Shown here: one piece after another, positions 1 to 13,039 of the stretch
Layout of the letters: each line of letters begins with the position of its first letter
How positions within the stretch are numbered: the stretch's first letter is position 1
Assembly: GCF_006345805.1 (NCBI RefSeq)
Contig: NC_042997.1
Span: forward strand, 6,200,001-6,264,000
DNA: 64,000 nt
DNA from: Octopus sinensis
Lineage: Eukaryota
Direction: 5' to 3'
Notes under the pieces: generated by a model
The model's input: the letters and a program-made list of their open reading frames with translations, nothing else
Told to the model about the DNA's origin: nothing
The model's database searches: none
Program-made: the position numbers and the translations under genes

Positions 1-1061
1 TTGCTGACGAGACAGTATTTGTTTCCGATATAGTTTGTTTCAAAATTTAATAAAAGAATATTCATTCATTTGATCCGAGGCTTAATTTATATATGATAAT
101 TTTGAATTACGTTGCTAAGACAGCAAGAACAGAGTTTGCTGTGTATATGCAAAGCTGACTTTATCCCGTATCTCCGATAAATAATGTATTGAGTCTAGAA
201 TATATCGAATAAATACACACCTGTAAGTCTATGTCTTCTAATTGGATCCTTAAGACTGAATGTGTTATAAAATTTAAGTAATACATAACATCAGGAGACA
301 TTGAACTTTATGATTCTACATAAGTAGAAGCAGCTGTTACATCCATATTATATATACCAAACAAATATTTCTATGGTGTTCGTATGTGAAGTATTACCCG
401 TTAAATTAGATAGCGCGCCCACACACACATAAACACACGCGCGCGCGGATTTCTACAATGTTATATATTACTTTTATACATAATTTCCGTTTTTCATTTC
501 TGATTAATTTTCATTTGTTCAAATTATCGTTTCGCTTTTGACTGATTTAGCTGTGTTAATTATCATGGGGATTCTAATGAAAATTAAAATGTCACAGCAG
601 TAATTAAAGTTAGATTAAAATTACCGTCTATAAAATCGCTCGCTTGTGATTCACTGACTAGATGCAAGCTAATAATATAATTCAGAGAGAGAAGATCCTA
701 TCTCATTCTGGTGCAACATTGGAACTCAACATTTGTTATTCAACACATAAGAGATATTTAGAGTATGTTGGAATATTATCTGTAATTAATATGCAATATA
801 GAAGAGAAACACCAGTAGCATATGCAAGGTCATGTTATAAAGTATTAAAATTACAAAATATGTGTTTCTATATTTCAGGACATACACACTCACACAACAG
901 GCATACAATATAATTTTATCTACACACTTACAGACATAATAAACATGCTCACCTATACATGTATATCGCACACAAACCCACACGCACACACATACTCACA
1001 CGCTCATAAATGTTTATATAAATGTTTATATAAATGCCGTTAGTAATGTACTAACTCGCAC

Positions 1062-1107
<46 letters not shown>

Positions 1108-1117
1108 TATATATAAC

Positions 1118-1542
1118 TATAATTACGGGTATCTAAGAGATACCACCACGCTGGAAATAGCAGTCAAATCTTGACTCTAAAAACCACATTAAATGGTCAT
1201 ACAGCACCAGGAGAGAAGACAAAAAGACAAAATATACTAGCAAAATAAATAACTGGATAATTCCAGATCCCGGATTTCTGAATCTACATAAGAAATACTT
1301 TGCCTCATGAGTAGAATTTACACTGTATATTCCACTGATGAGGCAAAGTATTTCTTATGCAGGGTCAGAAATCCGGGATCTGTAATTATCCAGTAATTTG
1401 TTTTTGCTAGTTTTATTTTGCTAGTTTATTTTGTCCTTTTGTCTTCCCTCCTCGTGCTGTATGAACATTTAATGTGGTTTTAGAGTCAGGTTTTGACTGC
1501 TATTTCCAGCGTGGTGCTATCTCTTAGATATCCGAAATTATA
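1118..1542. mobile_element. Fold-back (~200-bp arms, ~11-nt spacer) PLE-type non-autonomous repeat with an HHR-like motif in each arm
   Basis: 1118-1317 is the diverged reverse complement of 1329-1542 (e.g. gggtatctaagagata...cacgctggaaatagcagtcaaa vs tttgactgctatttccagcgtg...tatctcttagatatcc). The right arm starts attcca-CTGATGA at 1329-1341. The element abuts a (TA)n run. Confidence 0.75.
1329..1386 (+). ncRNA. Putative type I hammerhead ribozyme with non-canonical stem II
   Basis: AUUCCA-CUGAUGA-GGC...GUC-A-GAA-AUCC-G-GGAU-C-UG(U/G)AAU. Stem I and stem III pair, the cleavage triplet is AUC, and there is an extra A before GAA. Confidence 0.45.
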
Positions 1543-1646
1543 ATTTTACTAATAATTATTACCTTTGAAGGTTTTTATTCCCATGCTGGCCAATTGATAA
1601 GATCGATATTTAAATTAAGGATCTTATCCTTATATATAAATATATA

Positions 1647-1697
<51 letters not shown>

Positions 1698-2354
1698 TAG
1701 ACACCTGTATTATAATGTATTTGTTATATATTTATCCTAATAATATCTTATTTTATGTTTATGAACACTGAAACCGTTTTGAGTTTTGACACTCGCTATT
1801 CAATGTTTTTTTTTCCCTCATGAGCTAATGGGAAGGAAGCTACCTTCCTAACGCGGAATAAATTGTGGATTCCCCCGAGGAGAAACGAAACTTTATCGGT
1901 TAAATTTCGAAATCATATGAGAGGATCTTATCAAATTACTTCATTCAGCGAATTTAATCTTGCTGGAGAAAGATATTGTGTTTTGCTGCACGCAGTCCCT
2001 GGAACATACGAAGCTGGTTATTTTGTATTGCTATTCGAGTTATATTTTTTAGATCCTATTTCTAGCAATTGTAGGTGCAATTTGATCCTTCATTTACATA
2101 TTCTACATTTTTGCTTTATAATTGCTGTAACAAAAATCGAGTGTAAGGCATAAGAGTATCTCGTGGTGAGCCCTCCTCCCCTTACTGTGCCATGTGCGTG
2201 AATTGCTGGCTCTATTAGTAGTTCAGCTAATCATAGTTCGCCGGAAAATAAAAATTGTTACAGGCAGACATTTCACGAGTGTAAGTTACTACAAGTGGTC
2301 GTAACTCACATTCAAATGTTTATTTATGTATGTAACTTGCAACCAATTTTGCTT

Positions 2355-2494
2355 TAAAATTCTGGCGCCGGATCAGCAATTATAGAGAAAGGGGTAAGTG
2401 GAACCCAGTGGAATTTTAACACAGAAACTGAAGTCGGACGAAATTCCGCTTAGCATTTTGCCCGTCATGCTAACGATTCAACTAGCTCGCTGCC
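2355..2494 (-). mobile_element. tRNA-derived SINE family B, degenerate 5' part
   Basis: Reverse complement ggcagcgagctagttgaatcgttagcatgacgggcaaaatgctaagcggaatttcgtccgac matches the family-B head seen at 43385. Confidence 0.7.
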
Positions 2495-4162
2495 TGCTTG
2501 AAACCGATATTAATGTATACCTGCATATTACACTCTGAATATGAGAATAAACATTTATCTGTTGCTCATGTCTCTTAGTAGAACCGGTACAAGCTGGAAA
2601 AACATCGAAACGTGAGACAAATATAATTAATTTTAGAAACTAAAATAATTATCTTTTCTACTTATAGGTACAATGCTTCAAAAGTTTGGGCAGGGGCGTG
2701 CTCACGATTCTACCAGATCACCACCTTGTGCCTTAGGTAATAATATTTGTATATTCTTTTACATAAACTAGTTCTTTGCAGATGGATTATATAAACGTAT
2801 TTATCACTATAACGTTATGTTAAAAGTTAGTGCAATAAAAATAGTTTACAATGTATACAAGGCAGATATAACCATAAAAATTGCACAAAGTAGGATACGA
2901 AATATCTTGTTATAAGTATCCGTGTAACTTAAACAATCCACACATTGTTGCCGGAAAATTTTCAATTTTGCTATAGAAGCCATATGTCGTAGACAATATA
3001 CACCATAGCAGATAAAACATTGAGATTAGTTTTAAAACCAATAAAGTAAATGTTCGCTCAAATCATCAAATATTTACAACTTCTGCAGGTATCATGCAGA
3101 GAAAAATGTCTATTAGAAATATTCAAAATTTTGTCGTCTGTGTAATTACAATAACCATTCGAAATTATTTTTACCGAGCTAACAGTACTTATTTGAATAA
3201 AAGTGACGTAATATACACTATATGTTTTATTGAAAATCTCGATAAGAGTGATCCCAGAGCATATGCTTATATTTAGACAATCAGAAAAAGCAGCACACCA
3301 CATTACTGACAAAATATATATGGAGATTAAAACGGATATTATATAATAAAACATTGCATGGTTAATTATAGAACAGGCATCTTACAGTAATGGCTGCATT
3401 AAAATTGATCTTGTTCTCTTGGAGACGTATATGATCATGTTACATACAGCATTTTGCAATCTTCAGTAAAACATAAAAATTGGTGAGTTTGGCAGACACA
3501 TCCATATCTATATATTGAGTAATTTCTGTCTACGGGCAAATTATTTTCAAAATAATGTGCGTAACATAGCGAGGAACAAAATATTTATCCATCAGTCCTC
3601 CCAATACATTAAAAATAGACTCTTTCTTTCATTGGTTTCTGTTTTACGCATTTGCTATAAAATGCATTCATATATCACGCTTTTTTTTTACATGTAAGTG
3701 AATGAAATTGTAACTAGTTATTTTATAACATTAGACGTATACAGAATTTGATCTGAATACTACACTTTACTAAATGAATACGGGACGTATTTCCAAATGG
3801 TACTTTGGCAAGAAAAAAATCTCACCTGGTAATCCTATAACTGTACCTTCGAAAATATATTTGCTTCTCAATTTTAGGTTAACGGCATTTGAATATTTAA
3901 TGAATCATTTGGATAAATATTGACAAAAATTCGTTAAAGAAGCATCAGACTTGAATGAGAATAATAATGGTGATACGTACTTACACATACATATATCTAT
4001 ATGTCTATCTATCTAGCCAAGTTCAATGAAACAGTATAAAATAATTACACGCTGTAACTCCGCAAAAATTACGACGCAGAACTCACACACATACATTAAT
4101 GTTTGTTTTTATCTTCAGTTACATCATATAAACAGATTTATATATGCATCAATATATATATA

Positions 4163-4545
4163 GGCGTGTGGCTGTGTGGTAAGTGGCTTGCTAAACACCA
4201 AATGGTTCTGAGTTCAGTCCCACTACGTGGCATTTTGGGCAAGTGTCTTCTGCTATAGCCCCGGGCCGACCAATGCCTTGTGAGTGGATTTGGTAGAGGG
4301 AAACTGAAAGAAGCCTGTCGTATATATGTATATGTATGTGTGTGTCTGTGTTTGTCCCACTAGCATTGACAACCGATGCTGGTGTGTTTATGTCCCCGTT
4401 ACTTAGCGGTTAGGCAAAAGAGACAGATATAATAAGTACTGGGCTTACAAAAGAATAAGTTCCGGGGTCGAGTTGCTCGATTAAAGGCGGTGCTCCAGCA
4501 TGGCTGCAGCCAAATGAGTGAAATAAGTAAAAGAGTAAAAGAGTA
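4163..4545 (+). mobile_element. tRNA-derived SINE family A, full length
   Basis: A-box-like tggctgtgtgg, B-box-like gagttcagtccc, conserved body gggcaagtgtcttct...gtgagtggatttggtag...gaaactgaaagaagcc, internal (TA)/(TG) tract, 3' ggcggtgctccagcatgg...gtaaaagagtaaaagag. Multiple copies in the window. Confidence 0.9.
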
Positions 4546-4549
4546 TATA

Positions 4550-4593
<44 letters not shown>

Positions 4594-4949
4594 ATATATA
4601 TATATTACTGTTCCTATTCTAATTAATTTTCCTTGTCCGGAAACCTTTCTTCACTCATCTGTGACTTCTACAGCGACACTTTCTGTTTTCCTGTGAGCCC
4701 TTGCTCCTCTTATTTCATTCTGTTCTTCTATGTTGTGTAACTTTATATGCGCATTTGTTTGCGTCCATGTTTGTGTGCGTGTACATATGTCTGTATATGT
4801 GCGTATATGTGTCCTTGTTCTTAATAAATCTACGACATTCCCCTGGACCACATCTCGTAGTTGCACCTTTTATCCTAGGACCCGAAATTTGGTACAAACC
4901 CATCATAGAAGATTAAATTAGTATATTTTTTAATCATTTTTAAAATTTT

Positions 4950-5975
4950 TCAGTGAGGATATAATGTTCCCTATATTATATGTAAGGCTATAACTTCTCC
5001 TTATAGTACTACTATTTATATGCTTACGATACCTATCATATTTATCAAAGTGTCTATTTAAGTATTAGATTTAATTAGTATTTCATTCAAATCTTAGGGA
5101 ATTTCTTATTGCTTTTTAAGTATATTTAATAAATTGTTTGAATTAACGCAACTTTACTAATAGTACTAATTTGCAAGTGGACCCGGTATCAACTGTACCC
5201 ATATAGTAGCAATATACTCTTTTAAATTGTTTTACAGTGATACGAGCTATGTATCTTCAATGACTATGTAATGCTTATTAATCATATCTAGTATACTGTG
5301 TCAACTTGTGAGTTCTATTAATTGATAATACTTAACATGTGATTTGGTCTTGAATATTAACCGGCTAATTGTAAGTCGCTTATTTGTGCTTTGTAGTGTA
5401 CCTGAAAGAGAATCTCCCATTTCAATGTGCAGCTAGTGTTACTATCTTTGAGCCCCCAAATATACTTAAACATGTCAAATAAATTCTGTTTTTATTTCTA
5501 AAAGAATGGTGTTGCATGGCTAGTTTTCGTTTAATTTCATTTGGGGTTGCACCAATATAGCACATTCTACTTCACTGTACTGTGACTGTATATTAACAGA
5601 TAACATCCTTAATTCCACAAGTATTGCCGAAGGTACAATTGTCCCTGTTCCTACAGTCACACAGATAATGCTCTGCGGGATCGAGATGCTTCTTCGTGGG
5701 TAGGATTATGTCTATTGAGGCTAAAGTGGTTAATTTTTGTTCTGAGTGAATTCCGTACTAAGTCTGGGGCGGTGTTTATGTTTATGTTTCTACTAATACC
5801 GCCGCCGCTGATATTTTTGTTTATATTAGAGTAGAAAGTATCTAATGTTTTTTTTATTATTCAGGGAGGATATAATGCTCCCTAAATTATGTGTAAGGCT
5901 ATAACCTATTCTAATTGTACTAATATTGACATATTTAGAATGCCTATTATTCTTATCAAAGTGTCTATTTACAAC
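4950..5975 (-). mobile_element. Penelope-like element 3' remnant (GIY-YIG endonuclease) between ~110-bp direct repeats
   Basis: Minus-strand translation around 5580-5300 gives CYIGATPNEIKRKLA..HHSFRNKNR..LKDSNTSCTLKWEIL (frameshifted GIY-YIG). Direct repeat gaggatataatg.tcccta.attat.tgtaaggctataac...tatcaaagtgtctattta at ~4955 and ~5866. Confidence 0.7.
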
Positions 5976-6116
5976 GATCAATAATTGCTTAGTAAAGTTC
6001 GTCCATATTTGTATTGCAAAAGGGATTATGAACTAGATCTTATCACCCGATTTGCCAGTAGTTTCTTCGTGGATGGTGTACAAATGCTTATCTATGTATA
6101 TCCTTTTTGCGTGCGT

Positions 6117-6650
<534 letters not shown>

Positions 6651-6734
6651 ATATATGCATGTATATATTTATACACACGTGTATATGAGAGTATTGTCGT
6701 TCGCTTGAATCATAGTTTAGTGTTAGTAAATGCA

Positions 6735-7415
6735 CTACAATAACAACAATGGACTACAATAATACGAATGGACAATAATAACTGCTATAATTTAATTATC
6801 CATAGTCGGATATAATAATAATATTTCAGAGTGCAAAATATACCATCTTTCTTCAGATATCGCTAGGAAGTGTTCGCATAACTGCTACAATAAGTTTTCG
6901 AAGGATTATTGGAATTTAATTTTTTTTGCTAGGAAGCGTCTCTGCAGTGGTCTAAAAATTAAGGAAGCAATTCTCGTAGACAGACGATGGCCTCAAATTT
7001 ACAACAGGCTGTAGGTTTGCAATCAATATATTATTTAGCTACAGCTGCATTCGTGTAGATTCGTTTTTGATAACATGCTCATGTATTAATCGAAAAACAA
7101 TGAATGAAAAAGGAAAAAATAACTTCATGTATAATACATAACTTAGTAGCAGCGCTGCGGATGTGCCAATACACGAGCGTCAGACATGGCACCCCTCACG
7201 CACTCCTCATGAGAAATTCCGGAAGGTACTTCGTGACAGAACTGCTGAGACGCATCCAGACAAAATAAAATTCCGTAACTGTTGGAAAACCGATTGTAGT
7301 AGAGACTCGAACGGTTCCTAGCGATATCTGAAAAATGAATTGCTGTACTCCGAAATTTTATAATTATCTCAAACTATGAATAACTAAAGTGTAACAGTTA
7401 TTATAGTCCATTGTT
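6735..7415. repeat. Old fold-back repeat (arms ~6735-6960 and ~7230-7415), same family as the 3' part of the PLE at 10385-10800
   Basis: ttcctagcgatatctgaa occurs on both strands (6849-6866 rc, 7315-7332). gagacgc.tcc and actatg.ataa motifs are shared with 10385-10600. Confidence 0.6.
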
Positions 7416-7912
7416 GCTTTTATAGTGCATGGTCCTGCCATTCAAGGCACATCATCTTTCACAAAGAGAGACAGAGACAGAGACAGAGAGTGAGAGAGAG
7501 ACAGAGAGTCAGCCTCGGATTATCAGCATAGGGCGAAGTAAGGTGGATGAAATCAAAATTTATAACAGGATATCAAGTAGTAATGCAGTTCGACCGTTTC
7601 GTGCGACTTCATTTAATTGAACAATGGAATCAATTTAAATGCGGTGCTATCTGCAGCCGCACAAATAAATAAATAGGATTAAAAAAAAAAGTAGGACACA
7701 TAGAATTTCTCAAACATTTTAACACAGCAAGAAAATGCAACACATTGATGTTGTCGCTATAGCAGCTCAGAATATTTTATACTCCCAAGTATCACATGAA
7801 GCCTTGCATTTAAATTGATGTAATGATTGCATTGTTCAATAAAATAGATCCGCTAGAAACGGTCGTACTCCATTAATACTTGATATTCTGTAGCTTGTTC
7901 TCATTAACTATA

Positions 7913-7915
7913 CAT

Positions 7916-7946
<31 letters not shown>

Positions 7947-7948
7947 AT

Positions 7949-8029
<81 letters not shown>

Positions 8030-8125
8030 TGTGTGTGTGTATATTTATATATATATATATATACATGAATATAAATATACATGCATATAAATATATATGT
8101 ATATACATATATACATACATATACG
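7913..8125. repeat. (CA)n(TA)n microsatellite
   Basis: Direct inspection. Confidence 0.95.
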
Positions 8126-8290
8126 GGTAGTTCACGAAAAAAACCAAAAGACGAAGACAGGTGCTGTACAAAACAAACAAATGTATTAGTATAACGCTCA
8201 GGAATGGAAAAAGGCTTTTACGTTTCGAGCCTACGCTCTTCTACAGAAAGGGACACAGAAGAAACAAGGAGAGAAAGAAGGGCTGAAAAA
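8125..8290 (-). mobile_element. Short PLE-type repeat with minimal HHR-like motif (second copy at ~47290-47465, + strand)
   Basis: rc 8215-8250 = CUUU-CUGUAGAA-GAGC-GUAG-GCUC-GAAAC-GUA-AAAG. A near-identical ~170-bp copy lies at 47290-47465. Confidence 0.75.
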
Positions 8291-8354
8291 AAATGTGTGT
8301 GGTGGCTACTGATATATGTATATGTTATTCACTCAAACTATATATGTATATATA

Positions 8355-9170
8355 TATATATAAGGTTAATCCAAACGGGAAAACAGAAAAAACAACAACA
8401 CGTGGAACAATTAAAGTATTATTATTAGGCGCTCAGGAAAAAGGGAAGAAGGAGGGTATGACGTTTCGAGCGGAGCTCTTCGTCGGAAACATAAGAGAAG
8501 GAAGAAAGAAAGATCCCGAAGTGGGCGAACGGAGGGAAAAAAAACGCGACTGGTTTTTACGAAGTAAACATGCTGAAAGGCCGGAAGTTTTGGATAATAG
8601 GGGCTGGTTTTTAAAGACAAAAGAGCGGAAAAAGGAAGGTTGGTAACAACTCGATGAATGGGAAGAATAATGTGTATGTACGTGTGAGTGTGTACGTGTG
8701 CCTGTGTGTATGTGTGTGTAAGGCGAGATAAAAAAAAATATGTATATGTTAGTGCGGGCGTCTGTATGTAAGTGTGTGTACGTAGGGCGAAAAGTAGTTG
8801 ACATAGCAGTCGCAAGTCAGTGGTCAGTGGTAAAAGGAGGAAGGAGGGAATGGGTGGGGTGGTATGTACGTGCCGTGTGTGTGTTGAGTTGTAGTGTGTG
8901 TGTGTCCAGTGTGCGTAGTGGTTTGTATGGCAAGTAAATTTGAAGTGTGTGTTAGTGTAATGTATATATATATGCAAATGTGTGTGTGTGAGTGCGTGGG
9001 ATTGTGTGTATGTATGTGTGTGCGTGTGTGTACAAAAGGTACACACAACTGCAACTGAGGGAAAGATGGAAGAGTGCTCCCGCGGTGACAGGCGTAAGAG
9101 AAACCCAAGAAACACGCCGGCCCCAGATACGAACAAGAGATCTAGTCGGAACCCGAATAGATATACACAT
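8355..9170 (-). mobile_element. PLE-type non-autonomous repeat with minimal HHR-like motif at 8455-8490
   Basis: rc gives UUU-CCGACGAA-GAGC-UCC-GCUC-GAAAC-GUC, followed by ttcctgagcg as in the neighbouring family. Flanked by (TA)n. Confidence 0.55.
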
Positions 9171-9182
9171 ATGAATATATAT

Positions 9183-9994
9183 ATAATAGAAATATTAAAA
9201 TTACTAAGTCTCTCTAAAAGAGAACAACGGCAGCGTTTCCGGAAAATAATAGTTATCGCCATACTAATATGGCATTCTTATAAAAATAAGAATAAAGCTG
9301 TCCGCTTATTAGCTCCATGAGGCCATCGCCTCAAGTTAGCTATTTGATACACAAACTGTATCCATATAACCTTCGAACAAGGGAGGTCAGTCGCTCCAGA
9401 CTAGTTGACCGGCAGCTACAGACGCGAACGGGGTATTGCCCCTTTTCAATGCAGCGTAGCCAGACCAGTAGGTGTCGCTTCTGACAATCTCTGTTCGAAG
9501 GTTTTATTTAGCTAGCTTCGGTGGAATACATCCACTTGTTTTCAATAATAGAAATATTAAAATTACTAAGTCTCTCTAAAAGAGAACAACGGCAGCGTTT
9601 CCGGAAAATAATAGTCATCGCCATACTAATATGGCATTCTTATAAAAATAAGAATAAAGCTGTCTGCTTATTAGCTCCATGAGGCCATCGCCTCAAGTTA
9701 GCTATTTCATACACAAACTGTATCCATATAACCTTCGAACAAGGGAGGTCAGTCGCTCCACACTACTTGACCGGCAGCTACAGACGCGTTTCGGGGTATT
9801 GCCCCTTTTCAATGCAGCGTAGCCAGACCAGTAGCTGCCGGTCAAGTAGTGTGGAGCGACTGACCTCCCTTGTTCGAAGGTTATATGGATACAGTTTGTG
9901 TATCAAATAGCTAACTTGAGGCGATGGCCTCATGGAGCTAATAAGCGGACTGCTTTATTCTTATTTTTATAAGAATGCCATATTAGTATGGCGA

Positions 9995-10000
<6 letters not shown>
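9183..10000 (-). mobile_element. Retrozyme/PLE-like element: two tandem 362-bp units plus a terminal inverted partial copy
   Basis: gctacagacgcg at 9415 and 9777 (period 362). 9830-10000 is the reverse complement of ~9610-9781. Embedded in (TA)n on both sides. Confidence 0.85.
9777..9818 (-). ncRNA. Minimal type I hammerhead ribozyme with U3:A8 core variant
   Basis: rc = GCUGCA-UUGAAAA-GGGG-CAAUA-CCCC-GAA-AC-GC-GU-C-UGUAGC: 6-bp stem I, 4-bp stem II, palindromic stem III (ACGCGU), GUC cleavage triplet. Confidence 0.7.
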
Positions 10001-10345
<345 letters not shown>

Positions 10346-10384
10346 TACATACATATACATATATATGTAAAGAATAACAAAATG

Positions 10385-11400
10385 TTGAATGCTACAAGAA
10401 TGCACTATAATACAGACAATGTGCTATACACATGTTGTAATTTAGTCATCCATAGTCTGATATGATTTTTGATTAATATTCCTTCTTCAGATATTCTTAG
10501 ATGGGGACGCAGCTGTAATCGGTTTTCTGACGGCTTTTTATTTATTTTTTGGGAAGCGTCTCAACACTGGTCTAACGATTTCCGGAATTCCTCATGGAAA
10601 GTTTGTGAGTTCGGCCATGTCTCAATATTCTGTGTGCTGGTACATCCGTAGTGCTACTTCTAAGTTACTTATTATACGTGCAGCCTCCTTTTACCATTTT
10701 TTTCTCTTCTCTCTTTTCGTTATAAACTACAGATGAGAATATTATCAAAAATGAACCTATACGCATCCAGATGTATATAAATAACTTATTGATTACCAAC
10801 CTCGAGGCTGTTGTTAATTTGGAACCCTAGTCACTGAATGAGTATAGCTTCCTTAATTCTTAAATTACCCAAATTTCTTTCATTGGCCTCAATTGTGACT
10901 ATTATGCTTTTGTTGGTGTTCCGGCATCTGTCTAGATATTTTCTGAAGGAGGACGCTCTCGTGTGCAGATGTACTTTGATGCGGACGAGTAACGGTTTTG
11001 TTGTGCTACCCACATACAACATTTTGCATTCGTCGTATATATATATATATATATATACTACCACGACTAATTTCCTTTGGACTTCCACTTATACACCTAT
11101 AATGACTTACTCAATATGCCTTTGTCTATCTATGGACAAATGTAATTATCTCTCAAATAAATTGGACTTTACATTCGAGGTTCCGACAAAGTTTAGGAAG
11201 TTATTCAAGCACAGAAGTATGAGTCCACGTCATTTTATATTAGGAGTCGTAAGCTTATGGAGTATATACAATTGTAATTTATTCTTTTCTTATCTCTTTT
11301 TCTTATTACCGCTTGATATTTGTCTAACACTTTTGTTCTGAAGAGAACCTAGATTGAGTTCTACACTCGGATATTAGTCTTGCAATGGCTAAGCGCAATA
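10385..11400 (-). mobile_element. Penelope-like element remnant (RT C-terminus, GIY-YIG endonuclease and 3' repeat)
   Basis: ORF 10831..11088: DECKMLYVGSTTKPLLVRIKVH...NLRIKEAILIQ (YVGxTxxxLxxRIxxH and KEAxxI motifs). Upstream frame RLPYK...LPKLCRNLECKVQF...SRGSIY. Confidence 0.85.
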
Positions 11401-11699
11401 TGTAAAAGATACATACATCATTTAATTTCATGTTTCTAAAATTTAATGCTAAGTGCTTCTCCTCTATTTTTCGCATTGATATGGGTTAACACTAACATTT
11501 TATAATCGCAGCTTCCATACATTTCTATATGTGCTTATGCATATGCTTTTACATTCACATTTTATATACTTCTACATGATATTTCTAGAAATATTGTCGC
11601 ATAATAATGTATATTCTTTACAGCCACCCCCACACATAAAGACACACATACATATACACACACACACACACACACGAGCACAAACATAAACACATATAA

Positions 11700-12515
11700 G
11701 ATTAAGGATGAGAGAAGACAACTTCAAAGGTCGATGTATGTATTCAGTCAATCCATATTAACAAAATTCTCATGGAATACAAAGTACATACATAGATGCA
11801 TCATCTATGTGATATATGAAAAATTTGTAAGAATTTATAAATACACATATACGAACATTTATAAATATATAAAGATTCATGGACAAGAAAATTTATAAAC
11901 ACATAAGAAATTCATTAGTATAGATATTTAAAAATATAAGTCCATAAAAGTACTTGCTATGTCCGAATTTTCGAATTTGAATCAACGAAGAGGATGATAA
12001 AGTGGATATGAAATCATTCATAAGGAGTATGGAACAGATATAAAGTTTGTGTATACATGTTCCAGACTCCTTATGAATCATGTTACATCCGCTTTATCAT
12101 GTACTTTATTGATTCAAATTCGAACATTCGGACTTCGCAAGTACATTTATGAAATCATATTTTTATATATTTATATTTATGAATTGTTTGGGTGTTTATA
12201 AATTTATATATGAATTTATATATGAATTCTTGTATATTTAAAAATTTTCGTGTAGTTGTATGTATTTCTAAATTCTTAGAAATTTTTAAATATCATACAG
12301 ATGAATGCATCTATGTATGTACTTTGTATACCATACAGCATTTCGTTAATATGGATTGAATGAATATATACATTGACCGTTGAATTTGTTTTCTCTCCTC
12401 AATTTTATATTCCTGAAGCACTATCGGGGCGCTAATCGGTTGACCTGTATAAAATGGATAACTATATCACTTATTTCTTCAATTATATATATGTGTTTGT
12501 ATATATATCTACACA

Positions 12516-12614
<99 letters not shown>

Positions 12615-12795
12615 GATGAAGTAAGTGATATTGATACCCACTGTATACAGCTCAACCAATTAGTGCTCTGATAGAGCTTCAGGAACAGCAAATTAAGGAG
12701 GAGAGAGAACAAATTAAACGGTTGATGTATATATTAATTCAATCCATATTAACAAAATTATCCATGGTATACGAAGTGCATACGTATGGAGAATG
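11700..12795. repeat. Chained fold-back repeats (three copies of one unit in + / - / + arrangement)
   Basis: 11701-12035 is inverted against 12050-12405, and 12300-12490 against 12612-12790 around a (CA)n(TA)n centre. caatccatattaacaaaatt occurs at ~11749 and ~12740 and as rc at ~12340. Confidence 0.75.
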
Positions 12796-13039
12796 CGTAA
12801 GAAAAGATAACTTCTGTGTTAATCGAACTGTATTATTCTATCCCGATCTAACTTTAAGATTATAGGTCGCGTAAATGATAAAGATAAATATTTGATAAAC
12901 TGCTATACATTTATAAATATGTTACATGAAGATAGATGTAATAAAGAAGAAAAAGACAGTCCATGATAATTATTTCAAACAGATATGCAATTGTGATATA
13001 AGGAACTACATCAGATAATCTATGATTTCCTTTAAAACA

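Noticed and set aside
3058-3354. 98-aa ORF with a hydrophobic N-terminus as a secreted or receptor exon
   Set aside because: No recognisable motif, composition expected from AT-rich DNA, and downstream frames are full of stops.
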